From the NCBI GenBank assembly GCA_963777445.1, contig CAVZQR010000016.1, positions 4,966 through 68,965 of the forward strand: DNA of 64,000 nt. The letters run 5' to 3'. Numbering within the stretch: position 1 is the first letter of the stretch; every line of letters begins with the position of its first letter. This document shows, piece after piece, positions 40,064-49,129 of this stretch. This DNA comes from Candidatus Dormiibacterota bacterium (GTDB lineage Bacteria > Chloroflexota > Dormibacteria > Aeolococcales > Aeolococcaceae). Below the pieces are notes generated by a model. That model searched no databases. It worked only from the letters and a program-made list of their open reading frames with translations, and had not been told where the DNA came from. The translations under genes were made by a program, and so were the position numbers.

Positions 40064-40597
40064 CTATTTGATGACGGTGAAACCGGCTGCCATCGTCCCC
40101 CCCCAGGGTGCCGAGGCGATGAGGCGGAGGTTGGGAAGGCGGGCGATGCAGTTGACGTTCCAGGGGTAGAGGGGTGAGGCAATGCGCAGTGAACCGACGA
40201 AGACGGCGTCTGTCTGCGCGACCGCGGCCTCGGCCGTGGCGGGGTCGGTGCAGGCGTTGGCGAGAGCAGTCTCGAACGGAATGTCCAGCGCGCCAAAGGA
40301 GTATCCGTTGGGAACCAGCGGAGAAAGGTCGGTGAGTCCCGCCATCCACATGCCCGCGTCGTCGCCGCCATTGGTCAGCACGAGGCTCCCTTGAGGGAGC
40401 ATCTTCGACATCGCCGAAAGGACGCTCAGATCCGCCGGGGTTACGAGCGAGCGCGTCGCGATCTCATTCTTGTAGACGTGGAGCTCAGTGGCAGCACCGA
40501 CCACGACTGCAACGATCGACAGCACGCCCAGCGCCGCGCCGGCAGCCGTCGAGCTTCTGGGCCACGGCTCCGATCTTTTCGCGAACCACGGTTGCAA
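40064..40597 (-). CDS. TM helix plus extracytoplasmic domain; probable C-terminal part of the upstream membrane protein
   Basis: Same reading frame as ORF 40601..42214, separated only by TGA (40603-40601) plus one codon. 'VTPADLSVLSAMSKMLPQGSLVLTNGGDDAGMWMAGLT' looks like the periplasmic domain of large glycan-locus membrane proteins. Confidence 0.5.
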   Translation of the reverse strand: MQPWFAKRSEPWPRSSTAAGAALGVLSIVAVVVGAATELHVYKNEIATRSLVTPADLSVLSAMSKMLPQGSLVLTNGGDDAGMWMAGLTDLSPLVPNGYSFGALDIPFETALANACTDPATAEAAVAQTDAVFVGSLRIASPLYPWNVNCIARLPNLRLIASAPWGGTMAAGFTVIK

Positions 40598-40600
40598 TGG

Positions 40601-42214
40601 TCAGCCGGCGGATCGCAGCGATCCAGGCGATGACCCGCCACAATCGCCACCACGGCGCGACGGATGCGGAACCACTGGCGGAAGGAAGGCCATCTGATCG
40701 AACAGTCCGAGCGGATACAGGACGACGGAGTTCGGTTCCCAGAAGTTCATCCAGGCAACTGTTCGAGCGGACGGTGCACGAGGAGGGCAATCGCCGCAGA
40801 CGACGATTGCGGCGGCAGACATGCCCACCCAGAGCCGTCGGGTCCGCGACAACGTGCGCATCAGGTCGCCGACGGCAAAGAGACCAAACGCCAGCACCAG
40901 CGGGATCAACCAATACTCGATACCGAGAACCCGGTCGGTGTCACCCCAGGGGTAGATGCTGTTCCAGATGCGGTGCAGATAGTGGAGATACAGGTCGTCC
41001 GCCATGATGAGCAAGAGCAGCACCTGCGCAACCAGCACCCAGAGCATCCTGCGCCGGATGAGCATGGCGATTGCCCCGATGCAGAAGAGCGCGAGCGCAG
41101 CCGGCCCGAGGAGGTCGGTCTGCGCGATCAGCACGAGGATGTGGTGCGGCTTCAGGGGCATGTGCGTGGTCGAGAGCACGAACTGCGGCGGCTGGGTGCG
41201 GGTCACCGGCGGCAAATGGGGTATCCGCGTCAACACGGTCACCACCACGGCACCGGCGGCTGCCGCACCGAGGGCGATGCCCAACCGGATGAAACCGGTT
41301 CGCGGTGACGCTCGCACGGCTTTCAGCAGCGCCGCCGCGAGCAGTCCGCACGCCACGACCAGCGCCGTGATCGCTTCGAGTCCGTGGATCACCCAGATCG
41401 ATGCGGTGATGGCGACCAGCAGGATGGCGTTGTCCCGGGTACTTCGTCCGCGAATGACGCGGAGTGACGCGACGATGAACGGAACGATGAGCGTCGAGTC
41501 GACGATCTCCGGGAACCGCCCGATGATCGCCTGACCACCCGGGAAGATGAGCCCGATCGCGAAGAAGGGGACCACGGCGGCGAGCGCGACCGAGTCGGTG
41601 GCCTCGAGGGTCAGGAACGTGAGCGCGAGCGGGAGCACCGCGAGGGTCGCGGTGATGATCGGTGCCATCGCTCCTGCGGGAGAGGGCGCTCCGAGCCACG
41701 ACACCACCGCCGCCGTCGCCTCGAAACCAGGCCGTGCTCGAATGAAATCAGACCCCTCGAGCGGGATGGGAAACAGCGGCAGCACGTCGTGCGTTCGCAC
41801 GATCGCGTTGACGACGCTCCCGTGAGCCGGCGCATCCCAGTCGGGTGGCAGCACCTGTAAGTGCAGTGCCCATGCGAACACCCCGGCGCTGGTCAAGCCG
41901 ACAATCAACGCGGGAACCGGCAGCCACCAAGGGTGTTCCGCAGCGAGCGCGGGTTCGACGCGCCGCCAGCGCACCAGCGCCGCGATGCCGAGCGCCACCA
42001 GCACCGGGAAGACCGTGAGCGGTTCGAACGGGACGTGCACGTCGTGCAGGGCGAGTCCGTAGATCCCGATGAATCCCGCGGACAATCCGGGAGCCATCGC
42101 GAGCCGCTGCCAGGCACGCCAGGTTGGAGCGAGGAGCGTGGCAAGCGCGAAGCCGGGGAGGAAGGCAATCGCCACCACCCCGGGAAGGGTTTGCGCAAAA
42201 TCCTGGAAAGGCAC
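40601..42214 (-). CDS. Polytopic membrane protein of the glycan locus (polymerase/GT-C-like; family not recognised)
   Basis: 537 aa, at least 12 predicted TM helices. The last 60-70 codons have poor third-position bias. Confidence 0.6.
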   Translation of the reverse strand: MPFQDFAQTLPGVVAIAFLPGFALATLLAPTWRAWQRLAMAPGLSAGFIGIYGLALHDVHVPFEPLTVFPVLVALGIAALVRWRRVEPALAAEHPWWLPVPALIVGLTSAGVFAWALHLQVLPPDWDAPAHGSVVNAIVRTHDVLPLFPIPLEGSDFIRARPGFEATAAVVSWLGAPSPAGAMAPIITATLAVLPLALTFLTLEATDSVALAAVVPFFAIGLIFPGGQAIIGRFPEIVDSTLIVPFIVASLRVIRGRSTRDNAILLVAITASIWVIHGLEAITALVVACGLLAAALLKAVRASPRTGFIRLGIALGAAAAGAVVVTVLTRIPHLPPVTRTQPPQFVLSTTHMPLKPHHILVLIAQTDLLGPAALALFCIGAIAMLIRRRMLWVLVAQVLLLLIMADDLYLHYLHRIWNSIYPWGDTDRVLGIEYWLIPLVLAFGLFAVGDLMRTLSRTRRLWVGMSAAAIVVCGDCPPRAPSARTVAWMNFWEPNSVVLYPLGLFDQMAFLPPVVPHPSRRGGDCGGSSPGSLRSAG

Positions 42215-42226
42215 GCCGGATCGAGC

Positions 42227-43606
42227 TCAGCGACCCTTGAGCGTGGCTACCGCAAAGACCGTGCGCGCCATGATGAGCAGGTCGAGTGCGACCGACTGCC
42301 GCTTGATGTAATACAGGTCGTACGAGAGCTTGATCGTCGATCCACCGACGTCGCCCGCGTAGCCATAGTTCACCTGTGCCCAGCCGGTGAGCCCAGGCCG
42401 CACCGAGAGTCTCGTGTTGTAGTAGGGGATGCTCTCGCGCAGCGTCTCGACATACTGCGGCTGTTCGGGTCGAGGACCGACGACACTCATGTCGCCGCGC
42501 AGGATGTTCCATGCCTGTGGCATCTCGTCGAGATGCAGGCGCCGAAGCACCGCACCCACCTTCGTGATGCGCGTGTCGTCCTCGGCCGTCCAGTGCAACT
42601 CCTCGGTCGTGGGAACACGCATGGTCCGGAGTTTCACGATCTCGAACTGCTTGCCGAAGTGGCCGACCCTGACCTGGCGATGAAAGATCGGCCCGCGATC
42701 CTCGAGCTTGATCGCCACCCAGACGAAGGGGAGGAGGATTCCGAGAAGGACAAGCCCGATCACGCCGGCCACGATGTCCACGACCCGCTTGAAGAGCGCG
42801 TACACCCGTGAGGTCTCGCCTCGCTGCTGCAGGGAGAGCAGCCACGTCTGGCGAAGCCGCTCGACCAGCAACCGACCGGTCAACTCCTCGTAGACGTCGG
42901 CGACCGATCGTACGACCATGCCGCGGTCGTAGCAGTCCACCAGCCCCTGGAAGAGATCCGTCGGCAGATCCTCCTCGGCGCCGAGGACGATCTGATCGGC
43001 GTCGTGCATCGCGGCGGTGTTGGCGAGGCGTGCCCCTGCATCGGGGTCGGCCGGGTGAATGGTGCCGACCACGCGGTAGAGCCCGGCCATCTGCTCGTCG
43101 ACCTCGGACCAGACCCGTTCGACGATGTCGGCGTCCGCAACCAGGAGGATCCGGCCGGCGAAGATCGCCCGCGCAAACACTCGCCGATAGAACAGGCGCC
43201 AGCACAGCACGGTGATGGCGGCGACCGGAACCCAGATGAGGATCGTCGGCCTGGTGACACCGTACGGCACCGCAAAGAACACAACGAGCAGGGCAATCGT
43301 CTCAAGCGTCACGGTGATCGCAACGACCCGGAAGATGCCGCGGACGCTGACGGCCTGGTGGAGGTCGTACGCGTCGACCATGAGCGCAGCGCCGAGCCAG
43401 ATGCCGGTCGCGATGGCCACGCCGGCCCAGGGAATGGTCAGTGCAGCGTGCTGGATCGGCCCCGAGCGGAGGTTGAACGCGATAATCAGCGAGGCCGCCA
43501 CGAGGACAGAGTCGCCCGCAGCGAGGAGCAATTTCCGTTCTGAAGCGAGGATTCCCCGCCGGCCGGCCGCAGCTGTGGCGCCCGGAACGTCCTGGGCGAT
43601 CATCAA
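42227..43606 (-). CDS. Polyprenyl-phosphate glycosyl-1-phosphate transferase (WbaP/EpsB-type priming enzyme)
   Basis: N-terminal TM block. The C-terminal bacterial sugar transferase domain has 'KRVVDIVAGVIGLVLL', 'RGPIFHRQVRVG', 'KLRTM', 'LDEMPQAWNILRGDMSVVGPRP' and 'RPGLTGWAQV'. Confidence 0.9.
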   Translation of the reverse strand: MMIAQDVPGATAAAGRRGILASERKLLLAAGDSVLVAASLIIAFNLRSGPIQHAALTIPWAGVAIATGIWLGAALMVDAYDLHQAVSVRGIFRVVAITVTLETIALLVVFFAVPYGVTRPTILIWVPVAAITVLCWRLFYRRVFARAIFAGRILLVADADIVERVWSEVDEQMAGLYRVVGTIHPADPDAGARLANTAAMHDADQIVLGAEEDLPTDLFQGLVDCYDRGMVVRSVADVYEELTGRLLVERLRQTWLLSLQQRGETSRVYALFKRVVDIVAGVIGLVLLGILLPFVWVAIKLEDRGPIFHRQVRVGHFGKQFEIVKLRTMRVPTTEELHWTAEDDTRITKVGAVLRRLHLDEMPQAWNILRGDMSVVGPRPEQPQYVETLRESIPYYNTRLSVRPGLTGWAQVNYGYAGDVGGSTIKLSYDLYYIKRQSVALDLLIMARTVFAVATLKGR

Positions 43607-43649
43607 AACAAGCCTAACGGTTTACCGTGCGGCTGAGAGATTGCCCTCG

Positions 43650-46133
43650 ATGAATGACGCAACGCCCACCGACCTCCCGTTCGTCAGCGTGGTCATTCCC
43701 GTATTCAATGAAGAGCGACACATCGAGGCGTGTATCGCTTCAGTCCTGGCGCAGGACTATCCGGCCGATCGATACGAGGTCATCGTCGCGGACGGAGGCT
43801 CGACGGATCGCACCAGGGCGATCGTGCAGGCGATTGCGGCCCGCAATCGCAATGTGCGCCTCATCGACAATCCGGGGCGGCTCCAGGCGGCGGGGCTCAA
43901 CCGGGCCATCCTGGCGAGCCGGGGCTCGATCATCGCCCGGCAGGACGGGCATGCCGAGTGGGGAAGCAATCATCTGCGCCGTTCGGTGGAATTGCTCCTT
44001 GCGACGGGCGCTGACAACGTTGGGGGGCTCCAGGAGGCCGCCGGCACTGGTGTTTCCGGACGCGCGATCGCTCGCGCGATGGGCTCGCCGTTTGGCGTGG
44101 GCGGCGCCGCCTTCAGATATTCGGCTCGCGAGCAGGAGATGGCGACGGTCTTTCTTGGGACCTTCCGGCGCAGCGCCTTCGAGCGAGTGGGTCTGTTCGA
44201 CGAGGCCTATCCGCCGCATGAGGACTACGAGCTCAACCACCGGATCCGGTCCAGCGGCGGGCGGATCCTGTATGCGCCGGACATCCGCACCCGCTACCAC
44301 GTGCGCGACGGCCTGGTGCCCCTCGCCCGCCAGTACTACCGCTACGGCAGAGGAAAGGTTCGGGTTGCCCGCGCCAGCCCCGGGGTGATCCGCCCCCATC
44401 ATCTCGCGGCCCCGGCGCTGGTGGCGGCCGTCCCGGTGATGGCACTGCTTGCGGCCACCCGTCGTGGACGACGGCTGAGTCTGGCGGGCGCCGCAGTGTA
44501 CGCCGCAGCCTGCGTCATCGCCGGGCAGCTTGCCGGGGCCGGGGAGCCTGCGACGGTCCGGGTGCGGATCCCCGCCACCTTCGTGGTGATGCACTTGGCC
44601 TGGGGCCTCGGCTTCTGGGCCGGGTTGGCGGAGGCCGCGCGAGGGGCTAGCAACCGGGGGTGGCTCGCCGCCATCGCTCCCGGTGGCATCGTCCGTCGCG
44701 CAGCAAGAGCGTCCCTGACCCGTATTCTTGGCCCGTGGCTGAAAGGACATCGAACGCCGGTGGCAGATCGCCCCAATCCGCTGTGCATGGTCGGCGCGGG
44801 CTATGTCGGCCTGGTCACCGCCGCTTGCCTCGCCGACGCCGGGGTCGACGTCCGGCTGCTCGACATCGATGCCGCACGTCTCGCGCTGCTACGCCGGGGC
44901 ACTGCACCGATCCACGAGCCGCTGCTCGACGAGCTCCTGGCCGAGGTCCTCGCCAATGGCAGGCTGGAGCTGCACGAGGATGCGGCCACCGCAATGAAGG
45001 GGGCCCGGATCATCATGCTCGCGGTCGGCACGCCGCCTCTGGGCGATGGCCGGGCGGACCTCACCCAGGTCCGCGCTGCCTTGAGCCAGGCGGTGCAGCA
45101 CGCCGGGCCCGAAACGGTGATCGTGATCAAGAGCACGGTGCCTCCGGGGACAACCGCATCGCTGCGCTCGCTCTGCCGCCGCAATGGTCGGGTCGTGCCG
45201 CTTGCTGTATGCCCGGAGTTCCTCGCCGAGGGCAGTGCGGTCCGCGACTTCCGCCAGCCGCCCCAGGTGGTGATCGGCGGCGACGATCCGGAGGCCTGCG
45301 AGCGTGTGGCTCGGCTGTTCGGACATCTCGACGCGCCCATCCGGATCACGGATTCGACGAGCGCGGAACTCATCAAATATGGCGTCAATGCCTTTCTGGC
45401 CCTGAAGATCTCGTTCATCAACGAGATGGCTCAGCTCTGCGAATTCACCGGCGCCGACGTGAGCTCGGTTGCCGACGGCATCGGCACCGACGAGCGCATC
45501 GGCCGCGCCTTCCTGGGAGCGGGCCTGGGATTCGGGGGCTCGTGCTTCCCCAAGGACGTGCGCGCCCTGGATCAGGCGGCGAGCTACCACGGGCAGAGCT
45601 TCCAGCTCCTGAGGGCAGCCGTCGAGGTGAACCAGCAGGCTCGCAGCCGGTTTGTGGCGAAGATCCAGCGAGCCCTCAACGGCAAGCTGGCGAAGCGACG
45701 GATCGCGGTGCTCGGCCTCTCGTTCAAGCCGGGGACGGACGACGTCCGCCAGGCCGCGTCGATCGATGTCATCCGCCACCTTGAGGATCTCGGCGCCTCG
45801 GTGGTGGCGACTGACCCGGTCGCGATGGTGAACGCGCGGCCGCTGCTCCCTCGCACGGATCTCGTCGACGACCCCTACGCATGCATCGCCGGGGCCGACG
45901 CGGTGGTCGTGGTCACGGAGTGGCCGGAATACGTCGGCCTGGACTGGGCTCGAGCCGCGACGCTGGTCCGCCGCCACCTCGTGGTCGACGGCCGCAACTG
46001 CCTGCCCGTGGATGAGCTTGTCGACCTCGGCTTCACGTACATCGGCGTCGGCCGGCCGATTCGCAAGCCCCGGCCGGTCAAGGGCGCGAAGCATGGCGCC
46101 AAGGTCGCCCCGGAGCTTGTCGCCGTGCCATGA
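43650..46133 (+). CDS. Fusion ORF: GT2 glycosyltransferase (N) plus UDP-glucose 6-dehydrogenase family (C)
   Basis: GT2 part: '[14 protein letters not shown]', 'VADGGSTD' and C-terminal TM helices. There is no stop before '[18 protein letters not shown]' (Rossmann start, 44787) or '[14 protein letters not shown]' (catalytic Cys). A possible internal start is GTG 44760. The ORF is open from 43212 but that part overlaps the divergent gene. Confidence 0.75.
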   Translation: MNDATPTDLPFVSVVIPVFNEERHIEACIASVLAQDYPADRYEVIVADGGSTDRTRAIVQAIAARNRNVRLIDNPGRLQAAGLNRAILASRGSIIARQDGHAEWGSNHLRRSVELLLATGADNVGGLQEAAGTGVSGRAIARAMGSPFGVGGAAFRYSAREQEMATVFLGTFRRSAFERVGLFDEAYPPHEDYELNHRIRSSGGRILYAPDIRTRYHVRDGLVPLARQYYRYGRGKVRVARASPGVIRPHHLAAPALVAAVPVMALLAATRRGRRLSLAGAAVYAAACVIAGQLAGAGEPATVRVRIPATFVVMHLAWGLGFWAGLAEAARGASNRGWLAAIAPGGIVRRAARASLTRILGPWLKGHRTPVADRPNPLCMVGAGYVGLVTAACLADAGVDVRLLDIDAARLALLRRGTAPIHEPLLDELLAEVLANGRLELHEDAATAMKGARIIMLAVGTPPLGDGRADLTQVRAALSQAVQHAGPETVIVIKSTVPPGTTASLRSLCRRNGRVVPLAVCPEFLAEGSAVRDFRQPPQVVIGGDDPEACERVARLFGHLDAPIRITDSTSAELIKYGVNAFLALKISFINEMAQLCEFTGADVSSVADGIGTDERIGRAFLGAGLGFGGSCFPKDVRALDQAASYHGQSFQLLRAAVEVNQQARSRFVAKIQRALNGKLAKRRIAVLGLSFKPGTDDVRQAASIDVIRHLEDLGASVVATDPVAMVNARPLLPRTDLVDDPYACIAGADAVVVVTEWPEYVGLDWARAATLVRRHLVVDGRNCLPVDELVDLGFTYIGVGRPIRKPRPVKGAKHGAKVAPELVAVP

Positions 46134-47083
46134 CCTGGGTCCCTTCGCGCGTCGTCGTCACCGGCGGCGCGGGATTCCTCGGGTCGCACCTGACGGACCG
46201 GTTGCTCGCCGACGGCGCCGAGGTGATCTGCGTCGACAACCTGATCACGGGGAGCAGGCGCAACCTCAGCCATCTCGAGGGAGATCCGCGCTTCACGCTG
46301 CGCATCGATGACGTCGCGGCTGCCTGGAGCGTCGACGGCCCCGTCGACGCGGTCCTGCACTTCGCCTCGCTGGCATCGCCGGTCGACTACCTGCGCCATC
46401 CGCTTGCCACCCTCGAGGTCGGCACGCTCGGCACCATGAACGCGCTCCACATCGCGGAGGACAAGGGGGCGCGCTTCCTGCTCGCCTCGACGAGCGAGGT
46501 GTACGGCGACCCGGCCGTGCACCCCCAGCCGGAGACCTACTGGGGCAATGTCAACCCAATCGGTCCGCGCAGCGTGTATGACGAGTCAAAGCGCGTCTCA
46601 GAGGCGTTCACCATGGCGTTCAACAGCGCCCGTGGCGTCGACGTGCGCATCGCGCGAATCTTCAACACGTTCGGGCCACGCATGCGCGAGCAGGACGGCC
46701 GCGCGGTGCCGCAGTTCATCACCCAGGCGCTGGCCGGGGAGCCCATCACGGTCTACGGGGACGGGTCGCAGACGCGCAGCCTCTGCTACGTCGACGACCT
46801 CATCGAGGGGTTGATTCGACTGCTGCGCTCGAACTACACGATGCCGGTCAACCTCGGCAACCCGCACGAGGTCACAATGCGGCAACTCGCCGAGTTGGTG
46901 CGGGACACCTGCTCGAGTGAGTCGCCCATCGAGTTGCACCCACTCCCCGTCGACGATCCGAAACGGCGGTGTCCCGATGTGACCGTGGCGCGACGCGAGC
47001 TCGAGTGGCAGGCGATGGTCCCGCTCGAGGAGGGGCTTCGCCGTACGGTGTCGTGGTGGCAGACGGGTCGCGGAGCGGACTGA
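46130..47083 (+). CDS. UDP-glucuronate decarboxylase (UDP-xylose synthase-like SDR)
   Basis: '[14 protein letters not shown]', 'YDESKR' and '[10 protein letters not shown]' are typical of UXS. ATGA overlap with the upstream ORF. Confidence 0.88.
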   Translation: MTWVPSRVVVTGGAGFLGSHLTDRLLADGAEVICVDNLITGSRRNLSHLEGDPRFTLRIDDVAAAWSVDGPVDAVLHFASLASPVDYLRHPLATLEVGTLGTMNALHIAEDKGARFLLASTSEVYGDPAVHPQPETYWGNVNPIGPRSVYDESKRVSEAFTMAFNSARGVDVRIARIFNTFGPRMREQDGRAVPQFITQALAGEPITVYGDGSQTRSLCYVDDLIEGLIRLLRSNYTMPVNLGNPHEVTMRQLAELVRDTCSSESPIELHPLPVDDPKRRCPDVTVARRELEWQAMVPLEEGLRRTVSWWQTGRGAD

Positions 47084-47087
47084 GCGC

Positions 47088-47750
47088 CTACGGACGTGCC
47101 GGCGTTGCGCCGGCTGAGGGTTTGCGGGCGATCGTCACCGTGTCGAATGCGATGGTCAGCGGGTAGCCGGTCATTGCCTTGAGCCGGTTGAGCGCCCGCC
47201 CTCTCGGCCCCCGTCCGGCGTTGAAGGACTTGCCCGGGTACCACGCCAGCGGTCGCTGTTCCAGGCAGTCGAACGCCGACAGTTCGACGCTGAGGCCCGC
47301 CTCGTCGCAGAGCGCGCGCATGCCCTCCGGGTAGATGCGCCAGCAGTCGATCGGCGCCTCGTGGTACGGCCAGCTCACGGGGTTGACGGTCAGCACCAGG
47401 CCCCCCGGCTTGCAGACTCGGGCCAGCTCGCGGAGCCAGAGCCACGGCTTGCGGACGTGCTCGATCACCTGGCCCGAGACGACGATGTCGAACGTTCCTT
47501 CGGGCGCCTCGATCGCGTAGTCGGAGGTCATCCGGTAGGTGAGCTCGCTGCCGCTGCCGGTGCCCCACAGCCGCCCGCCGTGCGCGTCGACCTCCGACGC
47601 GAGATCGGCCGTGGACCAGGTCACCTGAACGGCCACCTCCCGCCGGTACGTGGACGGGTCACCATCCGGACCGAGTTCGAGCACGTGCGCGCCTGGGGCG
47701 AAGAGGGGCAGCAGGTGCTTGCGGAACATGAGAACGCTGTTCAGATGCAT
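47088..47750 (-). CDS. Class I SAM-dependent methyltransferase
   Basis: Motif I-like 'HVLELGPDG' and 'DIVVSGQVIEHVRKPWLWLRELARVCKPGGLV'. Confidence 0.75.
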   Translation of the reverse strand: MHLNSVLMFRKHLLPLFAPGAHVLELGPDGDPSTYRREVAVQVTWSTADLASEVDAHGGRLWGTGSGSELTYRMTSDYAIEAPEGTFDIVVSGQVIEHVRKPWLWLRELARVCKPGGLVLTVNPVSWPYHEAPIDCWRIYPEGMRALCDEAGLSVELSAFDCLEQRPLAWYPGKSFNAGRGPRGRALNRLKAMTGYPLTIAFDTVTIARKPSAGATPARP

Positions 47751-49129
47751 GGGCGACGGTTCCTCCAGGATCCTGAGGGGTCACGGCTGTCCGCAGAAGG
47801 TTGCGATTCGCGCCGACGCCGGCGCTCGAGGAGGGAGACATACAGCCGGCGGTACGCATCGACGAACCGTTGCGGGGTGTACCTGGCCTCGTATCGACGG
47901 CGTGCCGCGTTGCCCATGGCCGCCCGACGTAACGGGTCCTCGAGGATCGCGGCGAGCGCCTCGGCCAGAGCGGCGGAATCGCCAGGTGGAACCAGTCGCC
48001 CCGTGGCGCCGTCAACCACCTGCTCGGGAATGCCCGCCACCCTGCTCGCAACAACCGGGCGACCGGCGGCCATCGCATCAAGGATCACAATCGGCATGTC
48101 CTCGTGGCTGATCGACGGAAGCACGACGACATCCGCCGCCTCATACAGCGACCAGCGGTCGTTGCGCTGACCGAGGAAACGAACGCGGTCGCCGAGGTCC
48201 ATCGCAGCGCACTGCGCTTCGAGCGCATCTCTTTCGGGGCCGACGCCGGCCACCAACACCATGGTTCGCTCGCGCATTTGGGTGGGGAGCTGAGGCAGCG
48301 CGTCGAGCAGATATGTGTGGCCCTTCCGCTTCTCGAGGCGGGCCATCACGAGGAGAACCAGACGGTCGTCTGATATCCCGAGGTCATGGCGTATATCGGC
48401 ACGCGATGCCGCTACGACTCCGAGCTCGGCTGCATTGGGGATCACGGTGTGCTGGTCGTCGCCAAGATGCAGCACGGATGCCAGCGCGTGCGATGCGACA
48501 ACCGAGGCGGTGACGAACACGTCGACCGACTGCACCACCAATCGATCCACCGGATAGTCGAGCATACGACTCGGCCGGTTGTATGGAATGGCGACGTTGT
48601 TCACCACGTAAACGACCACTGGAACGCGAGCGGCGCGTGCGGCGATCGCCGCGGCGCTGCACGAGATTGCGCCGGGGTAGCCACCGTTGTTGATGTGGAC
48701 GACGTCCGGTCTACCGGCGCGAAATATCGCATACAGGCGGCCGATGTCCCACACCATGCAGAGTTGGCGCAGCGGGAGCAGCGAGACCCCGCCTCGAAGC
48801 GCCCTGGCGACCCGGCGCGATCGGCCTCGCGAGAGCGCCTGCTTGAGATCGGCCGGATCGGGCAGCCGAAGACGCCTGGCCCGCACTCTTGTCGAAGCTA
48901 GCGCGCGCAGCCCTGCCTCGTACTCGGACCCGGCGCGGTAGGTGAAGCTCGGGTCCACGTCAGCGCTCTCGAAAGCTGCCTCGAGGTGGAGCAGAAGAGC
49001 GATTTCGCTGCCGCCGAACCAATAGCAGTCAGTGTGGTAGTGGATGTGCATTGGTTGACCTGCCACGAGGCTCGTACTGTACCCGTTCATTTTCAGGTTA
49101 GCATTCGATGCAATGGCCGCATCCGCCAT
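47741..49129 (-). CDS. GT4 family glycosyltransferase (GT-B fold)
   Basis: 'LVMARLEKRKGHTYLLDAL', 'VLVAGVGPERDALE' and 'VVLPSISHEDMPIVILDAMAAGRPVVASRVAGIPE'. The start may be internal (ATG 49090 or 49051). Confidence 0.85.
   Translation of the reverse strand: MADAAIASNANLKMNGYSTSLVAGQPMHIHYHTDCYWFGGSEIALLLHLEAAFESADVDPSFTYRAGSEYEAGLRALASTRVRARRLRLPDPADLKQALSRGRSRRVARALRGGVSLLPLRQLCMVWDIGRLYAIFRAGRPDVVHINNGGYPGAISCSAAAIAARAARVPVVVYVVNNVAIPYNRPSRMLDYPVDRLVVQSVDVFVTASVVASHALASVLHLGDDQHTVIPNAAELGVVAASRADIRHDLGISDDRLVLLVMARLEKRKGHTYLLDALPQLPTQMRERTMVLVAGVGPERDALEAQCAAMDLGDRVRFLGQRNDRWSLYEAADVVVLPSISHEDMPIVILDAMAAGRPVVASRVAGIPEQVVDGATGRLVPPGDSAALAEALAAILEDPLRRAAMGNAARRRYEARYTPQRFVDAYRRLYVSLLERRRRRESQPSADSRDPSGSWRNRRPCI

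Noticed and set aside
43212-43649. 5' extension of the GT2-UGDH ORF (146 codons)
   Set aside because: It overlaps the divergent priming-transferase gene. The GT2 homology begins right after ATG 43650.
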